Positions 39,482-49,586 of a stretch of 64,000 bases of DNA are shown in pieces. Location: the NCBI GenBank assembly GCA_902610995.1, contig CACLXU010000001.1, forward strand, positions 47,207 to 111,206. The letters run 5' to 3'. The stretch's first letter is position 1. The number at the start of each line of letters is the position of its first letter. The translations under genes were made by a program, and so were the position numbers. The DNA comes from an uncultured SAR86 cluster bacterium. GTDB taxonomy: Bacteria; Pseudomonadota; Gammaproteobacteria; Magnimaribacterales; TMED112. The notes below the pieces were generated by a model, which was given only the letters and a program-made list of their open reading frames with translations, did no database searches and was not told the DNA's origin.

Positions 39482-40011
39482 TTTATTTTTTTTGGAGCTA
39501 ATAAAGCACTATATGTTCTGTTTTCAAATTTTGGCTCCACTAATACAGATGCAATATCTTCGGTTTCTTTAATGATGCTGTCAAGTAATGTTTTGCCAAA
39601 ACTTGTGTTTCCAAGCTCTCTTCCCCTAAAAGTTACAGAAATCTTTACATTTGCTTTTCTTTCTATAAATGCCACGATTTTTTTGAGTTTTACATTTATA
39701 TCACCCCTGTCGATATTTGGACGCATTTTGATTTCTTTCTGCTCTAATCTCTTTTGATTTTTTTTGGCGAGTGATTGTTTTTTCTTTTGATCAAATTTAT
39801 ATTTTCCGTAATCAATAATTTTTGCTACGCAAGGCTCTTTATCAAAGGTAATTTGTAAAATATCCAAACCTCTTTCCTTGGCAAGATCAACGGCTTCGGA
39901 TTTAGAATAATTGCCAAGCTTTTCTCCAGTTTCAGAAATAACTGTTAGCTTCTCAGCTTTCATGAATTGGTTGATTGGAGCCTGAGGAGGCCTTCTTCTT
40001 TGTGGTCTCAA
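39478..40011 (-). CDS. infC: Translation initiation factor IF-3 (TTG start)
   Basis: [25 protein letters not shown]. Confidence 0.95.
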   Translation of the reverse strand: MRPQRRRPPQAPINQFMKAEKLTVISETGEKLGNYSKSEAVDLAKERGLDILQITFDKEPCVAKIIDYGKYKFDQKKKQSLAKKNQKRLEQKEIKMRPNIDRGDINVKLKKIVAFIERKANVKISVTFRGRELGNTSFGKTLLDSIIKETEDIASVLVEPKFENRTYSALLAPKKIK

Positions 40012-40107
40012 ATTAGTTTAAATGATTATAAATGTGCATGATTAGCACAATGGGGATTGAAATTTAATTGCCATAGAATGCAGATATTAAATGATTACAA
40101 GATTTTA

Positions 40108-40539
40108 TCAAGATTTTTTATCCCAAAGAGTTTCTGGATTTCTCATAGTCTTTAACTCAATTATGTTGTCGAAAGGATCACATAGAAACATTGTCTCTTG
40201 CTCAGGTGGCCTTCCCTTAAATCTGATAAAGGGTTTAAGCAATACCTTTACGTGTTTTTGTTCAACTCTTTCCTTTAACTTGTCAAATGTTTGCTGTTCT
40301 AGATGAACACCAAAATGAGGGACAGGAATATCGCACATATCTACAATTTTAGTAATTCCTAATTTAGAATTTTTAAGTTCTGGAAATTCATGCAAAGTTA
40401 GTTCATTTCCAAAAAAATTTATATCTGCCCAGCCAGATTCAGACCTTCCTTCATCACACCCTAAAACACCACAATAGAATTTTTTTGCCTCACTGATACA
40501 CGGAACCTTGAATGCGAGATGAAATTTGGAATACATCAT
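40108..40539 (-). CDS. VOC/glyoxalase-family protein (predicted extradiol dioxygenase-like)
   Basis: FHLAF, FYCGVLGC.EGRS, PVPHFG, EQETMF..DP..N.IELK. Confidence 0.85.
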   Translation of the reverse strand: MMYSKFHLAFKVPCISEAKKFYCGVLGCDEGRSESGWADINFFGNELTLHEFPELKNSKLGITKIVDMCDIPVPHFGVHLEQQTFDKLKERVEQKHVKVLLKPFIRFKGRPPEQETMFLCDPFDNIIELKTMRNPETLWDKKS

Positions 40540-42294
40540 CTAATTATACATTTCCTTGAGACAATCTTGAATCTTTTTAACCTTTGCCACGTTTAAATTT
40601 AACTTCTTAGATGCACTTCTATTGCTTTCTTTTGAAAGCTCTTCAAGGGACTGATACTCTTTGTAGATCTTGCTTATTGTTTTTGGCCCAATGCCTGGAA
40701 TATCTTGTAAAAAATGTTGCGTTAAATTCTTTCTTTTAGTCGAACGAAAGTTTTTGATTGCAAATCTATGGGCTTCATCTCTAACGTCTAAAAAAATCTT
40801 TGACATTGAATCGTCCTTTCTAAATTCAACTTTATTTTCTCCATAGAATAAGTTCTCTATACCATATTTTCTTTTTTCCCCTTTTCCAATTGATGCAAAT
40901 TTGTACTTCTTTTTTTTGAGGGCACCTTCGATAAACTTAAGATGATTTAAACCGCCATCAATCAAGACTAGACTTATATCAAAATTGTTTTGCAAATACT
41001 TTCTTATCCCAAATAACAGTGCTGATAAGTCAGATTTTGAATCCTTCAAGGGAACATGATAGAACCTATACTTTGATTTTACAGGACCATCATAATTAAA
41101 ATAAACACATGAAACAGTTTGAATATCTCCAACCCCTCCACTTACATCAAAACCAACTATTGAGAGACTCTCTTTATTAATACCAAAGTTTTTCTGTAAA
41201 TAATCTACTGAATGAGAGTACTTATCTGATCTTTGCAGCCGTAGGCTCAATAAGTTTCTTGCATTCCTATTTGCCATCTCAATCCAATTTTTCTTTTTGC
41301 CAGAAGTAGGAAACGTAAAGTTGATATTTGGAAAAAATGGGGAATGGAAACTTTCATCTGAGCATACAATTTCTTTTATCTGTGGATTCGCGAGAACCAG
41401 CCTGCTTATGAATTCCTCCATCAAGGCGGAATCTGACTTTGCAATTTTATTTTTAAAGGAAAATCTTCGTATATTGGTAAACGAATTTCGTTCAATATCA
41501 ATAACTACGAAACAAACATCAATGCCAAAAGCTGCCATAGCAACCACTTTGGTTTGCTCACCACCAGAAAAAATAATTTGAGACTCTTCAACTCGTTTAA
41601 GAATTCTAATTTTATTTTTTACTTCACCAGCTTTTTCAAATTCCTCTTTATCAGATAAATGCCTCATTTCATCATCAAGATGAGCTAGTATTTGTTTAAA
41701 ATTGCCTTTAAGTATTGATTTAGAAGTTTCTATATCCTTTTTATAATCAGTTTTAGAAATAAATCCAACACAAGGTGCTGAACATTTTTTTATTTGATAT
41801 TGAAGACAGGGTCTTGATCTGTTGGCAAAAAAAACGTCATTACATGTTCTTAGTTTTAAAATCTTTTGTAGCTCAGTAATGGCAGTTCTTGTGCCTTTTG
41901 CACTTATGAATGGACCAAATAGATTTTTTTCTGCTTTTGTTGTTCGTTTGAAAGTAATTGATGGAAAATCATGCTTTTCATCAATTTTTATATATGGGAA
42001 TGACTTATCATCCCTAAGCAAAATATTAAATTGAGGTTGATTTGATTTTATTAAGTTCTGTTCTAATAAAAGTGCTTCGGTCTCATTGTTAGTTGTTAAA
42101 AAATCAATATCTTCTATTCTTTCAACCAGTTTATTGGTTTTATATTCTTTTACAGAACTCCGAAAGTAACTTTGAACTCTTTTTCTAAGATTTTTTGCCT
42201 TACCAATGTAAAGGATTTTTTTATTACCAAAAAATCTGTAAACACCTGGGGTCTCTGGAAAAGATTTTGCTTTTTCTGAAATACTTTTGATCAC
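40540..42294 (-). CDS. uvrC: Excinuclease ABC subunit C
   Basis: GIY-YIG domain (PGVY...LYIGKAKNL..RV.SYF), Cys cluster, LIDGG, RDEAHRFA, HhH (IPGIGPK); likely start is the GTG at 42294 overlapping the pgi stop. Confidence 0.96.
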   Translation of the reverse strand: MIKSISEKAKSFPETPGVYRFFGNKKILYIGKAKNLRKRVQSYFRSSVKEYKTNKLVERIEDIDFLTTNNETEALLLEQNLIKSNQPQFNILLRDDKSFPYIKIDEKHDFPSITFKRTTKAEKNLFGPFISAKGTRTAITELQKILKLRTCNDVFFANRSRPCLQYQIKKCSAPCVGFISKTDYKKDIETSKSILKGNFKQILAHLDDEMRHLSDKEEFEKAGEVKNKIRILKRVEESQIIFSGGEQTKVVAMAAFGIDVCFVVIDIERNSFTNIRRFSFKNKIAKSDSALMEEFISRLVLANPQIKEIVCSDESFHSPFFPNINFTFPTSGKKKNWIEMANRNARNLLSLRLQRSDKYSHSVDYLQKNFGINKESLSIVGFDVSGGVGDIQTVSCVYFNYDGPVKSKYRFYHVPLKDSKSDLSALLFGIRKYLQNNFDISLVLIDGGLNHLKFIEGALKKKKYKFASIGKGEKRKYGIENLFYGENKVEFRKDDSMSKIFLDVRDEAHRFAIKNFRSTKRKNLTQHFLQDIPGIGPKTISKIYKEYQSLEELSKESNRSASKKLNLNVAKVKKIQDCLKEMYN

Positions 42295-43628
42295 TGGAAA
42301 TATTTCTGTGTGTTTAACTTTCCTAGCTCGACTCCCCACTGATCAAAAGCATTTATATCCCAAAATAAACTGTTAAGAATTGCCTTGTTTTCCCATGAGG
42401 CCATTAAAACCCCAATAGACAATGGAGAAATTTCTTCAATGGTTATTAATGTTGGTGTTCTATGATTTGTTATTTTATATTTCTCTATTTCCTTTTCTGA
42501 TCCGGCTATAAGAGATTCGGACTGTCCTTTGAACTGATAAAAGTTAAGAGATTCTGTTAAGGACGCAATTATGTTTATGTTAAAATCCTTCGTTCCTTGG
42601 TAAACCATTTGATAAAAGGAATGTTGAGATTCTGGGCCATATCCCCCCCAAATAATAGGACAAGTATCAATATTTATAGCTTGATTATTTTGATCAATTG
42701 ATTTTCCATTTGATTCCATTTCAAGCTGCTGAGCATACTTTGAAAAACTCCTTAATTTCCAATCATAATTTAAAATCAATGTCGTCTGATTTTTTAAAAT
42801 ATTATTGTTATAGATGTCCTGACAAGACAACATAAAGCTTGGGCTCAAAGTTTTATTTTCAAGTAAGTCATGATCTGCGTTCATGCCTCCTTCAAGAAAT
42901 GATTTATATTTTTTTTCACCCTCTAGAATAGCTAAAAGTATTGATATTGGTGACCAACACGAAAACCTTCCTCCTGTTGATCCATCAAAGGGAATAATGT
43001 TCTCTTGGGGAATGCCATACTCAAGAGCGCCATTAACATTTGACGTTATTGCATAAGTAGATTTAAGAAAATTTTTATTAGTTACTGCCTCAAAGGAGTT
43101 TATAGTCTCCATTGTTGAAAATGATTTAGATGCAACTAAAAAAATACATTTTTCTAAATTTAAGTTAAAAGTTTTTTCTGAGAATTCTTCTGGATCACTT
43201 CCTGTAATCATAACAACTTTTTCATGAAAATTTGAAATCAGTGCCTCTCCAAGAAGCAATGGTCCTAACTGAGATCCCCCTATTCCAAAGAAAATTATTT
43301 TATCAAAGGATTTTTTTGAAATTTGATCAGCTTTCTGTAGCATGAAATCGGTCTCATCTTTAAATTTTTTATGTGGATCCTTTTTTCTGTACTCAAAATG
43401 GGTTACTGTTTTATTCTCTGTTCTGTTGGCTTTTTCTCCATTATAGATAGCTTGAAATTTTTCAAAAATTCTATTTTCTTGTGCCAGCTTTTCAAAATCC
43501 TCATGAAATTTTTTGGGAATTTTATGATTGCTAAGATCAAAATTAATTCCATGGACTTTCCTGATATATTCAATAGAATTCTCTCTGTCCATATAGTTAT
43601 TTTTCTCAAAATTTAATTCACTATTCAT
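42291..43628 (-). CDS. pgi: Glucose-6-phosphate isomerase (shortened)
   Basis: GIGGSQLGP, VASKSFST, GGRFS, QQLEMESNGK, FDQWGVELGK. Confidence 0.95.
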   Translation of the reverse strand: MNSELNFEKNNYMDRENSIEYIRKVHGINFDLSNHKIPKKFHEDFEKLAQENRIFEKFQAIYNGEKANRTENKTVTHFEYRKKDPHKKFKDETDFMLQKADQISKKSFDKIIFFGIGGSQLGPLLLGEALISNFHEKVVMITGSDPEEFSEKTFNLNLEKCIFLVASKSFSTMETINSFEAVTNKNFLKSTYAITSNVNGALEYGIPQENIIPFDGSTGGRFSCWSPISILLAILEGEKKYKSFLEGGMNADHDLLENKTLSPSFMLSCQDIYNNNILKNQTTLILNYDWKLRSFSKYAQQLEMESNGKSIDQNNQAINIDTCPIIWGGYGPESQHSFYQMVYQGTKDFNINIIASLTESLNFYQFKGQSESLIAGSEKEIEKYKITNHRTPTLITIEEISPLSIGVLMASWENKAILNSLFWDINAFDQWGVELGKLNTQKYFQ

Positions 43629-44278
43629 GAGTATTCCATAATTTTCTTTTGAATATCTGAAGCATCAGTTATTGGTCTGCCGACAACAATATGATCTGCT
43701 CCCAATGCATATGCCTCTGATGAGCTCATTACTCTTTTTTGATCATCATCTACAACTTGATTTCTAATTCCAGGTACAACCTTAATTCCTTTAAACTCCT
43801 TCAAATACTGAAGCTCATGCGAGCTACAAACTAATCCATCAATTTTCGATTCTTGAGCAATACCCAAAAGTCTTTGAAATAAGTTTGAAAAAGGAATTCC
43901 ATAAGTTAACTCAATCTCATTTTCTGAAAGGCTTGTTAATATGCTCACACCTAGTAGGCGTATATCGCCAGCTGTCTCACTAGCTGCTTTGATCATATCC
44001 TTTCCACCCTTAAGATGTATGGTGGTCATTGAAATATTAAATTCTTGAATAGCTTCAAGTGCTTTTGATACGGTATTTGGAATATCATGAAGTTTTAAAT
44101 CCAAAAAAATTTCAAAGTTCTCAGATGTTAGATATTCAAGAATTTTCTCCCTTTGAGATATAAATAATTCAAGCCCAACTTTTACCATGCATTGTTCAGG
44201 ATTTAGATGAGAAACTATTTCTTTCGCTTTTGAGAAATTATTAGTATCCAAAGCGACAATAAGTCTTTTATTTGACAT
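43625..44278 (-). CDS. pyrF: Orotidine 5'-phosphate decarboxylase
   Basis: IVALD, KVGLELF, FLDLKLHDIPNTV, PGIR, VVGRPI. Confidence 0.97.
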   Translation of the reverse strand: MSNKRLIVALDTNNFSKAKEIVSHLNPEQCMVKVGLELFISQREKILEYLTSENFEIFLDLKLHDIPNTVSKALEAIQEFNISMTTIHLKGGKDMIKAASETAGDIRLLGVSILTSLSENEIELTYGIPFSNLFQRLLGIAQESKIDGLVCSSHELQYLKEFKGIKVVPGIRNQVVDDDQKRVMSSSEAYALGADHIVVGRPITDASDIQKKIMEYS

Positions 44279-44285
44279 ATAAGAA

Positions 44286-44291
44286 ATTGTA
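44286..44291 (-). promoter_or_regulatory. -10 hexamer TACAAT 7 nt upstream of the pyrF ATG; candidate leaderless promoter
   Basis: TACAAT-TTCTTAT-ATG; no SD. Confidence 0.5.
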
Positions 44292-44311
44292 TTTAATGTT
44301 GGTTTTTTTTG

Positions 44312-45625
44312 CTAGGAAACTAAAGATAATGATATTCTTTCTCTTTCTGAATCCATCCCGCTTATTGAGACATTTACTTTATCGCCGGCTTTATATTGTT
44401 CTTCAATAGAGCCATCACCCACGTTTATTTCAGAATGATGAATTAATCCATCAATTTCTCCATCTAGTTCTACAAATACTCCAAAATCAGTTACTGATTT
44501 AATTGTGAGGCCCTCTAAGATATCGCCAGCATTGTGTTTATCCTCGAATACTTTCCATGGATTTTCAGTGGTATGCTTTCTGCTTAATGAAACTTTTCTT
44601 TCTTCTAAGTCAATCTCCATGATCTTTACGGAGATCTTGTCTCCCTTATTTAATATTGAAGAGGGATTGATATTTTTATTCTTCCAATCTAGATCAGTAA
44701 TATGAACAAGACCTTCTATGTCGTCATCAAGCTTAACAAAACATCCATAATCTGTAGTTAGAGCTACTTCACCTTCCACAACTTGGCCGACATGATACTT
44801 GCTTTCTAAATCTTTCCATGGGTCTTCACTAAGCTGCTTAAGTCCTAAAGAAACCCTCATTTTATCCTCATCAAAAGATAGAACCAGAAATTCTTTCTTG
44901 TCTCCAACATTTAAAATTTCTTTAGGATGCATGACTCTTTTCCAAGAAAGGTCAGTAATATGTAGAAGGCCATCCAGTCCACCCAAATCAACAAAAGCTC
45001 CATAATCGGTAAGGTTTTTGATTGTACCTTCAATTTTTTTACCCTCTTTAATAATTTTGAGTAGTCTTTCTCGTTCTTCTGAGTTTTGTTCTTGAAGTAC
45101 GGCTTTTCTTGATAGAACAACATTTGATCTTTTTTTATCAAACTTCATTACCTTAAATTCAAGGGTTTGACCAGTGAGGTCAGGATAGTCTTTGCCTCCT
45201 TTAGGGTCTATTAAGGAGCCAGGTAGAAATGATTTTACAACATCTACAAATACCGTGAATCCACCTTTCACTTTATTTACAACTTTCCCCTCTACATAAT
45301 CCCCATTTTGATGAGAGCTTTCAAGCATATCCCATGTTTCTTGTTTTCTTGCTTTATCTCTTGATAACCTTATTTCACCAAAACCATCATCTAAAGCATC
45401 TAAAATTACTTCAACTTCATCACCTTCTTTGATTTGTATTTTGTTCGCATGATTTTGAAACTCTTCTATTGGAACCAGGCCATCAGATTTGAAACCTATA
45501 TCTAGAGTTACCCATTTTTTACCAATTTGTAAAACATTAGCTTTAACTAAAGAGCCTTGAACCAGATCAAATTTCTGGAAGCTCTTTTCTAGAAGATCTT
45601 TTAGTACGTTATCAGTATCTTTCAT
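44312..45625 (-). CDS. rpsA: 30S ribosomal protein S1 (five S1 domains, 437 aa)
   Basis: Repeated DYGAFVDLGG.DGLLH / DYGCFV / DFGVFV motifs; lies downstream of cmk. Confidence 0.96.
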   Translation of the reverse strand: MKDTDNVLKDLLEKSFQKFDLVQGSLVKANVLQIGKKWVTLDIGFKSDGLVPIEEFQNHANKIQIKEGDEVEVILDALDDGFGEIRLSRDKARKQETWDMLESSHQNGDYVEGKVVNKVKGGFTVFVDVVKSFLPGSLIDPKGGKDYPDLTGQTLEFKVMKFDKKRSNVVLSRKAVLQEQNSEERERLLKIIKEGKKIEGTIKNLTDYGAFVDLGGLDGLLHITDLSWKRVMHPKEILNVGDKKEFLVLSFDEDKMRVSLGLKQLSEDPWKDLESKYHVGQVVEGEVALTTDYGCFVKLDDDIEGLVHITDLDWKNKNINPSSILNKGDKISVKIMEIDLEERKVSLSRKHTTENPWKVFEDKHNAGDILEGLTIKSVTDFGVFVELDGEIDGLIHHSEINVGDGSIEEQYKAGDKVNVSISGMDSERERISLSLVS

Positions 45626-46253
45626 ATATAAGTTTCTTTACTCTTTTGATCGTAGTTTCGACACTCTCATTAGTGTTATCAATTTTAATTGCGCCCTCTA
45701 CAATTGAGAGCGGAGAATGAATTCTTTCAGTATCTCTGCTATCTCTTAACTCGATCTCTTTTTTAAGTTCAGAGATATTAACCTTTTGTCCAGCATTTCT
45801 CAACTGATTTGCACGCCTTTGAACTCTTTGATCAATAGATGCAGTCAAGAAAATCTTAATTTTAGAATTTGGAAATACTGTCGATGACATATCTCTGCCC
45901 TCAGCAATTAGGCCAGGCATCTTATGATACGATTTTTGTATCAAGTAAAGCTCCTTCCGTACTTCCTTACGCTGAGATAACTCAGACGACAGCAGAGTAA
46001 TTTCATTTCCTCTTAACTCCTGTGTTATATCGGTTTGGTTCCAAATTACCTGTTCCATTTCATCACTAAAATTAAATTTTAATGATGCAAGCTCTTGATC
46101 AATTTCCTGAGTTTTTTTTCTGTAAAAAAATGCATAGCACCTATATAACAATCCACTATCAAGATAATTCCACTTCAGATCGATCGATAGCTTTTTTGCA
46201 AGGGTTCCTTTTCCAGATCCAGAAGGGCCGTCAATTGTAACTATTGGTATCAT
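45612..46253 (-). CDS. cmk: Cytidylate kinase
   Basis: TIDGPSGSGKGT, LDSGLLYR, EGRDM, KIFLTAS. Confidence 0.96.
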   Translation of the reverse strand: MIPIVTIDGPSGSGKGTLAKKLSIDLKWNYLDSGLLYRCYAFFYRKKTQEIDQELASLKFNFSDEMEQVIWNQTDITQELRGNEITLLSSELSQRKEVRKELYLIQKSYHKMPGLIAEGRDMSSTVFPNSKIKIFLTASIDQRVQRRANQLRNAGQKVNISELKKEIELRDSRDTERIHSPLSIVEGAIKIDNTNESVETTIKRVKKLIYERY

Positions 46254-47488
46254 GACAAATCTATTGTAAACCCTAAGCTTGATAAGTTTTCAAAGAAATT
46301 TGGAAAGGATGTCTCAATAGAATCCACATTATTTATTTGTATATCGTCAATTGACCTCGAAGAAAGAATCGCACCACACATTGCAATCCTATGATCGTTA
46401 AAAGAATTGAATTTTGCATTTGAAAATGTGTAATTATTACCAAAGCCTTTTATTGTCAGATTATCAAGATTAGTTTCAAATTTTGCATTTATCTCAGTCA
46501 ACAAACTCCTAATTGCTTTTAATCTATCTGATTCCTTTACCTTAAGCTCACTTAGGCCCTCAAAAAACGTTGAGCCTTCTGCAAAAACTGCAAGCATTGA
46601 AAGAATTGGAATTTCATCGATAAGATTTGGAACAATTTCTTTTGCAATTGCTCTGCCTCTTAATTTGCTTGAGTTAACTAAAATGTCTGCGTACTCCTCA
46701 TTATTCTTCTCTTTAATGTTTTCCACAGAAATATCTGCATTCATTTCTTTCAAGACGTCAAAAAATGCGATTCGTGACGGGTTTATGCCAACTTCAGGTA
46801 TTAATAGTCTAGAATTTTCAGATAGAAGTGTTAGGGCAATAAAAAATGATGCTGCCGAAAAATCACCAGGGATAAAAACTCTCTTTTCTTTAATCGGAAC
46901 CTCCCCATTCAAATAGATTCTTCTTAGACTATCTTTATACTCAATCTTTATATCACACTCTAAATACTTAAGCATTTTCTCGGTATGATCCCGGGATAAT
47001 TCTGGCTCAATAATTTCAATCTTTGTTTTTCCATTCAAAGCAGCAAGTAGTAGAGAGCTCTTAAGTTGAGCGCTTGGAATTGGCAAACGATATGAAAATT
47101 CCTTTATTAAGTTTGATGGAAGAATTTTGATTGGGGGTTTTCCATTATTAAGACTTACTTTAGCGCCAAGTTCATTCAATGGATCTGCAATTCTATCCAT
47201 TGGTCTTTTGGATAAGGACATGTCTCCGCTAAGATTGAATTTTCTGCCAAGCCCTGATAAGTATCCTGTTAGAAGTCGTATTCCTGTTCCTGAATTTCCT
47301 AAGTATAAGTTCTCCTCTCCGTTGGCTATAGCATTTTTTGAAGCTAGCCTTGTAGATATAACATCACCACCAACAATGCCGTCATTTGTCTCAAGATTAA
47401 GTATTGCAGCACGTTGAGCGATAGATTTATCAAGAGGCAAAACAATCGAGCTTTTAAAACTGGACCCTTTTTTTATTAATGCGTTCAT
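46250..47488 (-). CDS. aroA: EPSP synthase
   Basis: DKSI, GNSGTGIR, RPM.RI, SAQLKS, SRDHTE, KESDRL, DHRIAM. Confidence 0.95.
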   Translation of the reverse strand: MNALIKKGSSFKSSIVLPLDKSIAQRAAILNLETNDGIVGGDVISTRLASKNAIANGEENLYLGNSGTGIRLLTGYLSGLGRKFNLSGDMSLSKRPMDRIADPLNELGAKVSLNNGKPPIKILPSNLIKEFSYRLPIPSAQLKSSLLLAALNGKTKIEIIEPELSRDHTEKMLKYLECDIKIEYKDSLRRIYLNGEVPIKEKRVFIPGDFSAASFFIALTLLSENSRLLIPEVGINPSRIAFFDVLKEMNADISVENIKEKNNEEYADILVNSSKLRGRAIAKEIVPNLIDEIPILSMLAVFAEGSTFFEGLSELKVKESDRLKAIRSLLTEINAKFETNLDNLTIKGFGNNYTFSNAKFNSFNDHRIAMCGAILSSRSIDDIQINNVDSIETSFPNFFENLSSLGFTIDLS

Positions 47489-47490
47489 AG

Positions 47491-48243
47491 CTAAATTTCA
47501 AAAGTTTTTTTTATTTTTTCTATATAACTTTGAAAGCCACCTATAGAGCCTTTAAGATTCCTTGCATTATCTTTGAATATTTCATCCCATAAATTTTTAT
47601 TGGCTTTACCTAAACGAAGCAACTCTTTTGCACTCGTTCCTAGAATATCCTCTGGTATTTCTTTTTCTTGAATATACAAATAAAAGGCTCTTCCTATTAC
47701 ATGCGGGAGATGACTAATATCGGAAAACATCTTGTCATGTACTTGAGAATCCATTTGAAAAACTTTCATACCTAATGATTTCCAGAATGAACTACAAATT
47801 TCTAAACTTTGCATGTCATTCCTAATTAAAATACAAGGCTGCTGATTGAATAGATCAGCTCTTGATTCTATAGGTCCTTTTTTTTCACTTCCACAAACAG
47901 GATGAGAAGAAACAAAATTAGCAGGAAGTTTTTTTCCATTCAGAAAAGATTTAGAGCTGGAAATATCAGTAATTAGTTCACTATGGCAAAACAATTTCAA
48001 AATCAGATCAAGAATTTGTGAAGTTGTTTCAGGAGTTGTGCAAATTATTACCTGATGAAATTTGGAATTTACTTGGTCAATCTTGTTATAAACGACATCA
48101 TAGATATTTGACTTTTCTAGAAGAACCCTATAATCCTGAACTACCTCAACGACAGATATTGTAGAATCTTTATTTGCGTCTTTTAAAGCAAGTGCTAGAG
48201 AATGGCCCATAAAACCTCCGCCAATGATTAAGGTGTTATTCAT
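47491..48243 (-). CDS. tyrA: Prephenate/arogenate (cyclohexadienyl) dehydrogenase
   Basis: IIGGGFMG, DISSSK, SHPVCGSE, HD...ISHLPH. Confidence 0.9.
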   Translation of the reverse strand: MNNTLIIGGGFMGHSLALALKDANKDSTISVVEVVQDYRVLLEKSNIYDVVYNKIDQVNSKFHQVIICTTPETTSQILDLILKLFCHSELITDISSSKSFLNGKKLPANFVSSHPVCGSEKKGPIESRADLFNQQPCILIRNDMQSLEICSSFWKSLGMKVFQMDSQVHDKMFSDISHLPHVIGRAFYLYIQEKEIPEDILGTSAKELLRLGKANKNLWDEIFKDNARNLKGSIGGFQSYIEKIKKTFEI

Positions 48244-48520
48244 TCTCGATCTGTTTGCTAAGTGAAGTTGACATTATCTGTCGAAATAATGATTTTAATT
48301 CTTCTTTAGGATACTTTGTCTCCATTGATTCTATTCTTGCCAGAATATCCTCTTCTCTTTTTATATCTTGAAACGTTTTGTTAATTTTTTCTTTGATCTT
48401 TCCCACTTCATTTGTAAGTTTTAATCTAGATTCAAGCAAGGTAATTATTTCAGAATCTATCGTGTCAATTTCTTCTCTTAAAAAATATAATTTCTTTTCG
48501 TCATCCATTTTTTTGCTCAA
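48236..48520 (-). CDS. Stand-alone AroQ-type chorismate mutase
   Basis: LREEIDTIDSEI..LLESR...VGKIK, RE; sits at the pheA position. Confidence 0.88.
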   Translation of the reverse strand: MSKKMDDEKKLYFLREEIDTIDSEIITLLESRLKLTNEVGKIKEKINKTFQDIKREEDILARIESMETKYPKEELKSLFRQIMSTSLSKQIENE

Positions 48521-49586
48521 AGTCTTTCATGAAATTTGCTAGCTCTTCTACTGATGATTTCTCCATTGAGTTGTATATACTAGCTCTCATACCGCCTACC
48601 GATCTATGCCCTTTTAAATACATGAGTCCAGCTGCCTCTGCTTCTTTAAGAAATTTCCCTTCAAGAGAATTATCATGAATAGTAAAAACAACATTATTAT
48701 CTGATCTTTGAGCTTTATTTACAGGATTTAGATAAAAGCTACTTTCATCAATAAGACTGTAAAGTATTTTAGACTTGGTTAATGCTCTTTTTTCCATTTC
48801 TATAATTCCTCCTTGCTCTAAGTACCATTTAAACATCTTGCCAGCCAGATACCATGAGAATGTATTTGGAGTATTTAGCATAGAGTTAGCTTCACTGTGT
48901 GATTTTATATTTAAGATATTTGGTAGATCTGGATTAGCTTTTGAAAGAAGTTCTTTTTTTACAATTATTAAAGTCAAACCCGAGGCACCAAAATTCTTTT
49001 GCGCGCATGCATATATAAAATCATATTTAGAAAAATTTATATTTTCAGAAAATAAACAAGAACTCATATCAACAAATACTGGCAAATCAAAATCAGGGTC
49101 CTGTTTAATGTTTATTCCCTGAATGGTTTCATTCTTGCAATAATGAATTAGTTGAGAGTCATCGTGTATTTTCCACTTATCCAGTTTATCAATTTCAGTA
49201 AAATTATTAGCCTTTGCTGTGAAACAAATATCAACATCACAGACCTTGCTTGCTTCCTTAATTGCTTTTGAAGACCAAGATCCAACCTCAGCATAACTGC
49301 CTTTTCCTTTTTTCTTTATGAAATTAATTGGGATTAGTGAAAACTGTAAAGTTGCTCCACCTTGCATAAATATAATTTCGTAGGAGTCATCGAGATTTAG
49401 AAGTTTTCTTAATTGAGCTTCACTTTCTGTTGCAAGATCAACAAACGTTTTATCTCTATGGCTAATCTCAATTATGGAGGAGCCTATATTTTTGTAATTA
49501 GTAAGCTCATCTCTTACTTCTTCAAGCACTTCAAGAGGCAGTTGTGCTGGTCCAGCACTAAAATTATGGACCCTATTCCTCTTCAT
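48501..49586 (-). CDS. serC: Phosphoserine aminotransferase
   Basis: NFSAGPA, GGATLQF, NETIQG, DMSS, AQKN, GHRSVGGMRASIYN. Confidence 0.97.
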   Translation of the reverse strand: MKRNRVHNFSAGPAQLPLEVLEEVRDELTNYKNIGSSIIEISHRDKTFVDLATESEAQLRKLLNLDDSYEIIFMQGGATLQFSLIPINFIKKKGKGSYAEVGSWSSKAIKEASKVCDVDICFTAKANNFTEIDKLDKWKIHDDSQLIHYCKNETIQGINIKQDPDFDLPVFVDMSSCLFSENINFSKYDFIYACAQKNFGASGLTLIIVKKELLSKANPDLPNILNIKSHSEANSMLNTPNTFSWYLAGKMFKWYLEQGGIIEMEKRALTKSKILYSLIDESSFYLNPVNKAQRSDNNVVFTIHDNSLEGKFLKEAEAAGLMYLKGHRSVGGMRASIYNSMEKSSVEELANFMKDFEQKNG

